DNA of 64,000 bases, from positions 211,768 to 275,767 of the forward strand of contig OZ246398.1 of the NCBI GenBank assembly GCA_965230995.1, in the 5' to 3' direction. The notes beneath the pieces are model-generated. The model had not been told where the DNA came from. It did no database searches and saw only the letters and a list, made by a program, of their open reading frames with translations. Position 1 is the first letter of the stretch. Each line of letters opens with the position of its first letter. The position numbers and the translations under genes are program-made. The DNA is from an uncultured Candidatus Saccharibacteria bacterium. Its GTDB lineage: Bacteria > Patescibacteriota > Minisyncoccia > Phycocordibacterales > G965230995. This document shows, one piece after another, positions 27,090-34,668 of the stretch.

Positions 27090-27316
27090 ATGGCGAGAAG
27101 GCCGGAACCGCACGGAGCGAAGCGGAGTCTGAATTCTTTTTTGCTAAAAAGAATTCAGAAGTGAGGCGGGGTCGCGAACACTTAGTCCGCGCAATATTAC
27201 GAAGTAATATGAGCAGACTTAGTGATTCGTGACCGAGTCCTGGAACATATCGAGCGAACGAGCTTTTTATGAGCCCTTAGACGAAGTAAAAAACCACGAG
27301 AGTGACCGAGTCCCTT
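27090..27316 (+). repeat. B-type G-rich module with an inserted 14-bp-stem hairpin and two degenerate T-arm copies (GTGACCGAGTCC twice)
   Basis: GCCGGAACCGCACGGAGCGAAGCGGAG ... GAGGCGGGGTCGCGA is shared with 11067..11231. Confidence 0.4.
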
Positions 27317-27359
27317 TCTTTGAAGTGCTTGTTTATTTTTGTTATGTTATCATCTTATT

Positions 27360-28307
27360 ATGGATAAATTACCTGTATCGTTAGTCGGTCTTAAACATTC
27401 CTTTGGTGAAAGAACTGTTCAGAATCATGAAATTGAAGAAAAATATGGTTTACCACCCGGTTGGATTTTAGGTAAAACTGGTAAAGAACAAGGTCATGCT
27501 TGGGACAATGGACCAGAGGCACCAGTGGAAGCTTCTGTTAATTGTCTTAATTTATTATTGGAACAGACAGGGATTAAAAAAAAGGATATAAAGGCAATTT
27601 TTGGAACAACTAATCCAATTACTATTGATGGGGTAACAGATGAAATTTCCTTAACAAAGAAATTTGCTATTAAAGCTGGGTTTCCGGAAGATGTACATAT
27701 TTCAGATGAAGGCTTTGGTTGTGGCGGAGCGGCCGTCGGAGTTGACTCTATGTGTTCATGGTTACGTGATCAACCCGTTGGAACCTATGCTGTTTACGTA
27801 ACACAGGATTGGTCAACAAAAATGGTAAAAGATCGTAATGTTGAAGCTCTTTTTTCTGATGCGATAAGTGTTTCAATCTGGACAAACGGAGAAAGTGGCA
27901 CAATGGAAGTTGTAGATGTCTTTTCTGCTACATCAACAATAGCCGACAGCGCTTTAGGTATAGTCGGAGGATTCTGGGAAATGGATGGAAAAGAGGTTAG
28001 TAAGGCAGCTTCAGAAGTGCCAGCATTGGTGGCAGAAAAATTAGGCATAGAACTAAAAAATTATAATATTGTACCCCATCAACCAAATGCTAAACTTCTC
28101 GAGACAATTGAAAGATTGTATGGAATAGAAGTATATAAAGAAGTGGCAAGGGAACACGGTAATCCGACCTGTTCCGGTGCGTTTATTGCTTTAGAGAGAG
28201 CTTTAGAAAAAGACAGCAAGTTTATTGATACAGAGAAAGATATACTTGTTATGCCTTTTGGTGCGGGGGGTGTTGGTGGTTTTATTCTAAGAAGAAAAAA
28301 TAAATAG
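27360..28307 (+). CDS. Thiolase-fold condensing enzyme, 3-oxoacyl-ACP synthase III (FabH)-like
   Basis: Overall FabH-like pattern and a GFGCGGAAVG segment. Start chosen at MDKLPVSL. Confidence 0.45.
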   Translation: MDKLPVSLVGLKHSFGERTVQNHEIEEKYGLPPGWILGKTGKEQGHAWDNGPEAPVEASVNCLNLLLEQTGIKKKDIKAIFGTTNPITIDGVTDEISLTKKFAIKAGFPEDVHISDEGFGCGGAAVGVDSMCSWLRDQPVGTYAVYVTQDWSTKMVKDRNVEALFSDAISVSIWTNGESGTMEVVDVFSATSTIADSALGIVGGFWEMDGKEVSKAASEVPALVAEKLGIELKNYNIVPHQPNAKLLETIERLYGIEVYKEVAREHGNPTCSGAFIALERALEKDSKFIDTEKDILVMPFGAGGVGGFILRRKNK

Positions 28308-28313
28308 TATTTT

Positions 28314-28724
28314 TTGAACTATAATTTGAAGATTAATAATAAGTTTAAAGTAAAAAAAATGGAACAAACAAATCAAGAAAATTCATCTCCAGTATCACCT
28401 CAAAACAATATTAATGAACCAAAATTAAATATAATACTACCAGCTGTTCTGGCTTACATTTTATTTTTCCTACCTTTGTTTTTTAGAAGTGAAGTAAAGA
28501 ATCATCCTTTTGTTAAATTTCATACAAAGCAAGGTTTTATCCTTTTTGTTTTTAGTCTAATTGTTTCTATACTCGGCTATGTACCTACTGTAAGTGGCTT
28601 TGTTTGGATATTGTCGCTTGCAAACTTTGTGCTATTTATCATCGGAGTACTGAATGTATTTGGAAAAAAAGAAAAAGAATTACCTGTTATCGGTCAGTTT
28701 GCAAAAGAGATAAATTTTCTCTAG
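28314..28724 (+). CDS. Small integral membrane protein (DUF4870-like)
   Basis: Two or three TM helices. Start may be the internal Met at about 28359. Confidence 0.4.
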   Translation: MNYNLKINNKFKVKKMEQTNQENSSPVSPQNNINEPKLNIILPAVLAYILFFLPLFFRSEVKNHPFVKFHTKQGFILFVFSLIVSILGYVPTVSGFVWILSLANFVLFIIGVLNVFGKKEKELPVIGQFAKEINFL

Positions 28725-28771
28725 TTGCGTCTTGGCTATAAATCCCCAGAGTCTTGTGCTAGAGTACCAAT

Positions 28772-29506
28772 ATGGAAAGGATTCCAGAGATTGAAATTTT
28801 GTATGAAGATAAAGATTTTATCGCGATAAACAAACCAGCCGGTTTGATTGTTCACGCTGATGGAAAAACAAAAGAACCAGCTGTTACTGATTGGATAATT
28901 GCTAATTATCCGGAAATAGTTTCTGTAGGTGAGCCGATAAAAACAGAAAAAGGCCAAATAGAAAGACCGGGAATAGTGCACAGGATAGACAGAGAAACAT
29001 CTGGTGTGCTTGTGATTGCAAAAAACAAAGAAGCCTTTAATTTCTTGAAAGACAAATTTAAAAATAGAGAAGTTTCAAAAGTATACAGAGCTTTTGTTTT
29101 TGGTGTACCAAAAAACTCACGCGGAGTAATAGAAAGAGATATTCAAAGAAGCAAAAGTGACTTTAGAAAATGGACTGCGTATTCTGGAAGGGGAACACAA
29201 AGACCAGCCATAACACATTATCGTGTTCTTTCCAGCATACCGGGTATGTCATATATAGAAGCAAGACCAAAAACGGGCAGGACACATCAAATAAGAGTCC
29301 ATCTTTCCTCGATAGGACACCCAATAATCGGCGATGTTTTGTATGGTAGCAGGGTTAAAGATAACTTAGGCTTTGAGAGAACGGCTCTGCACGCAATGTC
29401 TGTAAGTTTTACTGACAGAAACGGTAGAGAAATAGAGATAAAAGCCCCTTTGCCAGACGATTTTATCAAAGCAGAACAAGTCTTTAAAAATATTGCCAAA
29501 AACTAG
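28772..29506 (+). CDS. RluA-family pseudouridine synthase
   Basis: ILYEDKDFIAINKPAGLIVH and the catalytic HRIDRETSGVLVIAK motif. Confidence 0.8.
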   Translation: MERIPEIEILYEDKDFIAINKPAGLIVHADGKTKEPAVTDWIIANYPEIVSVGEPIKTEKGQIERPGIVHRIDRETSGVLVIAKNKEAFNFLKDKFKNREVSKVYRAFVFGVPKNSRGVIERDIQRSKSDFRKWTAYSGRGTQRPAITHYRVLSSIPGMSYIEARPKTGRTHQIRVHLSSIGHPIIGDVLYGSRVKDNLGFERTALHAMSVSFTDRNGREIEIKAPLPDDFIKAEQVFKNIAKN

Positions 29507-29531
29507 GACGTGTGCTAGATTACTACCTGTT

Positions 29532-29951
29532 ATGAAAACCGCTGTAAAAATATCCCCAGTTGATATAGAAGCACGAAAAAAGCTCAACATCAGAGCGGGG
29601 GACACTGTAAAGGTGTATCAAAAAATTCAAGAAAAAGACAAAACTCGAATTCAGATATTTGAAGGTCTTGTTCTTGCTGTAAAGCACGGAAAAGAAGCCG
29701 GTGGAACATTCACTGTTCGAAAGATTGCAAGCGGAGTGGGTGTAGAAAAAATATATCCAATCTATTCTCCAAATATTGATAAGATAGAAATCACAAAGAG
29801 ATCAAAAGTTAGACAATCAAAACTCTATCACATCAGAGAAAAGGCAGCTAAAGCCATAAAGAGAGAGATGAGAAATGTTAGAGAAATAAAAGAAGAGGTT
29901 AATCCAGAAGTCAAAACAGAAACAGAAGCTAAAAAAGAAGAAACAAAATAA
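29532..29951 (+). CDS. rplS: 50S ribosomal protein L19 with a Lys/Glu-rich C-terminal extension
   Basis: GDTVKVYQKIQEKDKTRIQIFEGLVLA...FTVRKIASGVGVEKIYP is L19. Track start trimmed to the internal Met. Confidence 0.85.
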   Translation: MKTAVKISPVDIEARKKLNIRAGDTVKVYQKIQEKDKTRIQIFEGLVLAVKHGKEAGGTFTVRKIASGVGVEKIYPIYSPNIDKIEITKRSKVRQSKLYHIREKAAKAIKREMRNVREIKEEVNPEVKTETEAKKEETK

Positions 29952-30029
29952 TCCAAAACGCCCGGCTTACGCCGGGCGTTTTGCTTGAAAAACATTTTTT
30001 ATTTCTGTATAGTCAAAGACGTAGAAAAT

Positions 30030-30111
30030 GCCCAGGTGGTGAAATTGGTATACACGTATCCTTGAGGTGGATATGCCGTAAGGTGTGGAGGTTCAAGTCC
30101 TCTCCTGGGCA
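30030..30111 (+). tRNA. tRNA-Leu (anticodon GAG), long variable arm
   Basis: Acceptor GCCCAGG/CCTGGGC, anticodon loop TTGAGGT, variable arm, T-arm GGAGG-TTCAAGT-CCTCT, discriminator A. Confidence 0.8.
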
Positions 30112-30271
30112 CAAACGAATGAAATGAGTATGGGCACAGGAGGTCCAGCTCTTTTGTCTTAAAAGAGCGTTGGACGGATTTGAAGCTGTTGTGAGATAGA
30201 TTGCGAGGAACGAAGCAATATATCCACAACGGGTACTGAACATGTAATGTTCAAGTCCTCTCCTGGGCACA
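30112..30271 (+). repeat. A-type tRNA-linked element (tRNA-Leu copy) with covarying stems
   Basis: GGGTACTGAACATGTAATGT is identical to the tRNA-Val copy. 3' end TTCAAGTCCTCTCCTGGGCACA is identical to the tRNA-Leu 3' end over 22 nt. Core stem A is CTGTTGTG/CACAACGG where the others have CCCGATTG/CAATCGGG. Core stem B is TAGATTGC/GCAATATA where the others have ATAATTAC/GTAATTAT. Confidence 0.5.
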
Positions 30272-30359
30272 GACGAAAGATATACTTAATAATAAGTGTC
30301 ATTTGCTATTTATGGTTTTTTTGTGTTATAAATAGCTAGTTCTGCAAATGCAGACGTAT

Positions 30360-30432
30360 GGTGCCTATAGTGTAATGGTTAGCACAAGAGTTTGTGGAAC
30401 TCTTAGTTCGGGTTCAAATCCCGATAGGCACC
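30360..30432 (+). tRNA. tRNA-His (anticodon GUG) with a genomically encoded G-1
   Basis: G-1 followed by acceptor GUGCCUA/UAGGCAC, D-arm GUGU-AAUGGUUA-GCAC, anticodon loop UUGUGGA, discriminator C. Confidence 0.85.
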
Positions 30433-31763
30433 CAAGATGAAATGGAACTGTATAAAACATATATAGTTAAAAGAAAGAATTACCCTTTGTATTCCTTATA
30501 ATATTTTAATGTGCTGGATTAAATGATATTATTTGTTATATGGAAAATCTAAATCAAACACAAAGTCATGTTGGTACTACTAGATTAATAAGTAGGACAC
30601 AACTGATAAGTACTATTACTTTTTTTTCAATTTCTGTTTTGTTAGGAATAATAGTTTATATAAAAGAACCTCGTGCTCTCGATTTGCTCGGATTTTATGC
30701 TTTCGGTCTTTTTATCCACGCTGTTGCCTTTTTTCTTTCGGTTTATCTAAGGCCAAAAATCAATTCAACAAGATATTTATTGGGCCATGTTTTTGCATAT
30801 TTATCGCTGTTGTTTGCGATTCTGAATGCGTTGATTATTTTAAGTGATGATGAGTATGCCGGTTTTGCATTCATTTTGACATTGCCCGCACTTGGCATTG
30901 CTGTATTCATATCAATCATGTTTTTATTAATTGGTATGATTGGTAGAAAAACAAATAGTGACCAATTCGTTTCGACCAGCGGTGATCTAGATAATCCTAA
31001 TCAGACAGGAATTAAGACAAAAATAGGCATTATAATTAAAAAAATTTTTATCTCAATTGGTGCTATTGTAATTGCAATATTAATTTCTATCCCTTCAGCC
31101 GTTTTTGTCGGCATGCTTTTGGATGGCAGATCAGTGCGTGAGGCTTTAAATATTAGCTTAGGCGTCTATGGTTTTAACGTAAAATTTCCATTTATATGGA
31201 CAGATCGTATGATTGAGCATGATAACGTTAAAATTGAATTTAAAACTCCCGGTGGTAGTAGGGACTATTATTCTCCGAGCGGTGGTAATTATGATAAGTA
31301 CGGTTGGTATAAGATATACATATATAGCGATGGATTTGGCGGAGATGATTTTAATTTTGATCTAAATATTGGCGATGATGATAGGTACATAAAAACTTGC
31401 AAAATATGTTATGAGGGTTATGTATCAGGGGATAAGGTAATATACACCAAAACAAAAGATAGTTATTCTGATGATGATTACTCTTATTATAATAAATACA
31501 ATTTTCTTTTAAGTTTTAGATATAACGAAAAAAACTATCATCTTTCTTTTAGATATTCTGATATTAATTCTAGATACAAAGAAACTTTTTACTCAGAAGA
31601 AGAAATGACAGATATATTTGAAAGAGTTATGGATTCTATAAAAATTAGTTCATAGGCCAGATTATATTTTGTCGGCTAAAAATGTATTTGTTTGAGGTTT
31701 AATTTCGGACACCGAGTTTGTGGAACTCTTAGTTCGGGTTCAAATCCCGATAGGCACCCAAAA
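30389..31763 (+). mobile_element. Integrated island of about 1.3 kb in the tRNA-His 3' end, bounded by 48-bp direct repeats of the tRNA-His 3' two-thirds. Single cargo ORF, no integrase.
   Basis: GAGTTTGTGGAACTCTTAGTTCGGGTTCAAATCCCGATAGGCACCCAA occurs at about 30389..30436 (within the tRNA) and again at about 31715..31763. Confidence 0.45.
30540..31655 (+). CDS. Hypothetical multi-pass membrane protein with a Tyr/Asn/Asp-rich C-terminal region
   Basis: Four to six TM helices, then YSDDDYSYYNKYNFLLSFRYNEKNYHLSFRYSD-type low-complexity repeats. It is the cargo of the tRNA-His island. Confidence 0.5.
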   Translation: MENLNQTQSHVGTTRLISRTQLISTITFFSISVLLGIIVYIKEPRALDLLGFYAFGLFIHAVAFFLSVYLRPKINSTRYLLGHVFAYLSLLFAILNALIILSDDEYAGFAFILTLPALGIAVFISIMFLLIGMIGRKTNSDQFVSTSGDLDNPNQTGIKTKIGIIIKKIFISIGAIVIAILISIPSAVFVGMLLDGRSVREALNISLGVYGFNVKFPFIWTDRMIEHDNVKIEFKTPGGSRDYYSPSGGNYDKYGWYKIYIYSDGFGGDDFNFDLNIGDDDRYIKTCKICYEGYVSGDKVIYTKTKDSYSDDDYSYYNKYNFLLSFRYNEKNYHLSFRYSDINSRYKETFYSEEEMTDIFERVMDSIKISS

Positions 31764-31782
31764 ACAATGAGGACAAAACAAG

Positions 31783-32046
31783 ATGATGGCCAAGGACAAT
31801 AGACCCTTCAAAGAAAAAGTTTTTGAAATTGTTTCAAAAATAAAAAGAGGGGAGACGATGACTTACAAACAAGTTGCAATTTTGGCTGGCAGACCAAAAG
31901 CCTTTAGAGCTGTTGGAAATATTCTAAATAAAAATTACGATCCAAAAATTCCTTGTCATCGGGTAATCCGAAGCGACGGAAAGACAGGGGGATATAACAG
32001 GGGAGCTAGTCAAAAAGCTAAAATACTTGTATCTGAAAAACTTTGA
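31783..32046 (+). CDS. MGMT-family DNA-binding domain protein (O6-alkylguanine-DNA alkyltransferase C-terminal domain-like)
   Basis: PCHRVI active-site-type motif inside a helix-turn-helix. Confidence 0.65.
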   Translation: MMAKDNRPFKEKVFEIVSKIKRGETMTYKQVAILAGRPKAFRAVGNILNKNYDPKIPCHRVIRSDGKTGGYNRGASQKAKILVSEKL

Positions 32047-32118
32047 CAAAGTGCTAATTTTATGTGAATATAAAGACGGAAATGAACGTTCAATTTCGTA
32101 ACTTCTCTGGAGGTTTGT

Positions 32119-34248
32119 ATGGGTCTTCCACGCGAACGGCATGTGGATGGGCTGAGAGCGGTCGCCGTAATAGACGTCATTCTCGCTCATCTGAAGCTCC
32201 TTCTCGGAGCTTTCATCGGTGTCGATGTGTTTTTTGTCATCTCAGGGTATGTCATCACCAAAATTGGGAGACATACCATTGGGAAGAAAGACGAGCACGG
32301 CAGGGATATGTTTACAATTCCTGGTTTCTACAACCGGCGTGTAAAGAGAATCCTTCCTGCTGCGTTGGTGTGTCTAGCTGTAACCGTAATCGCTGGGTAC
32401 TTCTTCATCGGGCCAAGCGATTACAAAGAGACAGGAGAAGGAGCACTTGCGGCTACCTTGATGGCTGGAAACATCCATGAGGGACAGCTACCGATTGGGT
32501 ACTTTGACCACGACTTTCAGGCGAGACCAGTCAACCACTTTTGGAGTCTGGGTGGGGAAGAACAGTTTTACCTGATCTTTCCAATGGCCCTTATGCTCCT
32601 CTTGAGGTTTTGTCCAAAGAAAGCACCTGTGGTCCTTGTACTGATTGGACTGGGTCTTCTGTGCTGGAGCGGGTACTCGGTACTTGCATTCAAGGTGTGG
32701 AGGTTCTATTGCCCTGCAAACAGGGCATGGGAACTGATTGCTGGTGCGTTGCTAGCTTTCCCGCCGATTGGTGTCAAAACCAAGATGGGGGGAAAGATAG
32801 TGATTGTTTTGGTGGGGGTGTCTCTCGTTCTGACTGTCGGCGGAGTCCTGCAGGGTATGTTCCTGTTCGTAATTTCCGCCGTGCTTATGCTCGGGACTGG
32901 TGCTTTAGTCTTGTATCGTCCGGAGAATCCGACACGGTGGCAAGGCGAGGTACTTAGCCTGATTGGTATGGCACTCATCGTGACCGGTTGTGTCGTCTTC
33001 GATCGAGAAACTCTGTTTCCAGGCTTTCTGGCTCTCGTGCCAGTACTGGGAGCAATGCTCGTAATTGTGGGCGCTTCAAACAAGGAGGTACTCCTGAATC
33101 GCCTGCTATTGGCTAAACCAGTATTGTACATCGGGGCAATATCGTTCTCGGTCTACCTCTGGCACTGGCCGATAATCGTCTACACCGACTTCTACTCGCC
33201 GATACCTCTCGGTCTGTGGCACAAGTTGGTGTTGATAGCGGTCACTCTTGCGGTCGCTAGTGTGAGCTACCACTTCATAGAGAAACCGTTCCAGGAAAGC
33301 AAGGCAAAGAAAGAGTCTGTGTTCTTCGCAGGCCTTATTGCTGTGCTAACTGTGTACGCCGTAGCTCTTTTGGTGGTAGACAAGAACGGTTGGCCGGAAA
33401 GATTCGGGAAGCTGGCAACGCCAGTTGTGCTGAATACTTCCGGTATCGAAATCAACGACAGCCTCGGCAAAGACGGGACATGGCTGAAACAAAAAGGCCT
33501 GCCTGTCATCGGGGACGTCAAAACAACCCCAACATTCCTTCTTGCTGGAGATTCACACGTCAACGCGTTTGTGGAGATCTTCGACAAGTTGGGAAAGGAG
33601 AAAGAAGTTTCCGGATTTGTGTCGTTTAGGTCGGGCAGTTTACCGGTTCCCGGTATATGGACCACCCGAGAGAACGACACGCCGGAAAGCTTTATGGGCT
33701 ACAACCGAGCACTCGAGCAATTCGTGCACGAGAGAAATCTCAAGCATGTATTTCTCGTTGGCAGGTGGAGCAATGCCGTAGTTGGCGATATGCTCGTATC
33801 CGAAGACCCAACGAGGAAAGAGGTAGAAAAAGAGCTGTCTGCAAGGACGCTCGAAAAAAACCTCTTTGCTCTGGTTGCGAGGCTCAAGGCTTCGGGTGTG
33901 GATGTTGTGATCGTACAACAGCTACCAGAACACCCGTTCCACGCCTACAAGAAACTGGTAGCGAGAAGGGGTCGCTTGAAAGGTGTGAGCCGAGAAGCCT
34001 ACCTTTCAAAGCAGGGGACAACGATTGATATGATCCTTCGCTCCGGCGCAAGGACTGTCGATCTATCCTCGCTCCTCTTTGAGGGGGACTGTGTGAGACT
34101 CATTGATCCCAAAGGCTATCCGATATGGTGGGACTATGACCACATCGGTGGTAGAGAGATCACGAGAATTGCTGGTCCTACGTTCGAGACGTTCTTTAAA
34201 GAAATCGCAAACCAAAAAGGAGACTTTGCGATGAACAAAAGGGAGTGA
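32119..34248 (+). CDS. Acyltransferase family 3 membrane protein fused to a C-terminal SGNH hydrolase domain (OatA/OafA-like O-acetyltransferase). GC-rich, apparently horizontally acquired.
   Basis: N-terminal DGLRAVAV...GVDVFFVISGYVIT acyltransferase-3 signature and about 10 TM helices. C-terminal domain of about 250 aa. Many overlapping alternative-frame ORFs are typical of GC-rich DNA. Confidence 0.7.
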   Translation: MGLPRERHVDGLRAVAVIDVILAHLKLLLGAFIGVDVFFVISGYVITKIGRHTIGKKDEHGRDMFTIPGFYNRRVKRILPAALVCLAVTVIAGYFFIGPSDYKETGEGALAATLMAGNIHEGQLPIGYFDHDFQARPVNHFWSLGGEEQFYLIFPMALMLLLRFCPKKAPVVLVLIGLGLLCWSGYSVLAFKVWRFYCPANRAWELIAGALLAFPPIGVKTKMGGKIVIVLVGVSLVLTVGGVLQGMFLFVISAVLMLGTGALVLYRPENPTRWQGEVLSLIGMALIVTGCVVFDRETLFPGFLALVPVLGAMLVIVGASNKEVLLNRLLLAKPVLYIGAISFSVYLWHWPIIVYTDFYSPIPLGLWHKLVLIAVTLAVASVSYHFIEKPFQESKAKKESVFFAGLIAVLTVYAVALLVVDKNGWPERFGKLATPVVLNTSGIEINDSLGKDGTWLKQKGLPVIGDVKTTPTFLLAGDSHVNAFVEIFDKLGKEKEVSGFVSFRSGSLPVPGIWTTRENDTPESFMGYNRALEQFVHERNLKHVFLVGRWSNAVVGDMLVSEDPTRKEVEKELSARTLEKNLFALVARLKASGVDVVIVQQLPEHPFHAYKKLVARRGRLKGVSREAYLSKQGTTIDMILRSGARTVDLSSLLFEGDCVRLIDPKGYPIWWDYDHIGGREITRIAGPTFETFFKEIANQKGDFAMNKRE

Positions 34249-34270
34249 GAGACTCCTTAAGTCTCTCGAG

Positions 34271-34300
34271 GCGCGGTGGCCCAACGGTACCGCGCTTTTT
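34271..34300 (+). terminator. GC-rich rho-independent terminator after the acyltransferase gene
   Basis: GCGCGGT-ggcccaacg-GTACCGCGC followed by TTTTTC. Confidence 0.5.
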
Positions 34301-34312
34301 CTTTGTCAAAAT

Positions 34313-34341
34313 ATTGACATACCCCCGTAGGGTATATATAA
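34313..34341 (+). promoter_or_regulatory. Sigma70-type promoter (TTGACA-17-TATAAT) with a CsoR-type operator palindrome ATACCCCCGTAGGGTAT in the spacer
   Basis: Read directly from the sequence. Same layout repeated before copA and the following gene. Confidence 0.55.
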
Positions 34342-34348
34342 TTAGGGG

Positions 34349-34621
34349 ATGAAAAAACAAGCTGATGAAAAAGCAAAGATTGTTCGCAGACTTTCTATAA
34401 TAGAAGGGCAGGTGAGAGGTCTCAAAGAAATGATTGAAAACGGCACATATTGTATTGATGTTATTACTCAAACATCAGCAGTAAAGCAAGCACTGTCAAA
34501 TGTTGAAGATATGCTTCTGGAACAACATCTCGGTTCTTGTGTCTTGGGACAGGTAAAAGACGGCAAAGTAGGCAAGGCGACAGAAGAAATCCTCAAGGTC
34601 TATAAATTAAAGAGAAAGTAG
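34349..34621 (+). CDS. csoR: CsoR/RcnR-family copper-sensing transcriptional repressor
   Basis: 90-aa all-helical protein. C..H..C metal-ligand spacing (YCIDV...H...C) of the DUF156 family. Confidence 0.75.
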   Translation: MKKQADEKAKIVRRLSIIEGQVRGLKEMIENGTYCIDVITQTSAVKQALSNVEDMLLEQHLGSCVLGQVKDGKVGKATEEILKVYKLKRK

Positions 34622-34632
34622 TTTTTTGTTTC

Positions 34633-34665
34633 TTGACCTATACCCCCTAGGGGGTATAGAATGGG
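34633..34665 (+). promoter_or_regulatory. Promoter TTGACC-17-TAGAAT with a perfect CsoR-type palindrome TATACCCCCTAGGGGGTATA in the spacer
   Basis: Read directly from the sequence. Confidence 0.5.
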
Positions 34666-34668
34666 GAT

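Noticed and set aside
29999-30270. Minus-strand ORFs 29999..30229 and 30013..30270
   Set aside because: They cover tRNA-Leu and its linked element.
32064-34028. Many overlapping ORFs in other frames and strands of the acyltransferase gene (for example 32064..32480, 32541..32957, 32706..33131, 33267..33680, 33657..34028)
   Set aside because: GC-rich DNA yields long stop-free alternative frames. Only the 32119..34248 frame shows a coherent acyltransferase-3/SGNH domain layout.
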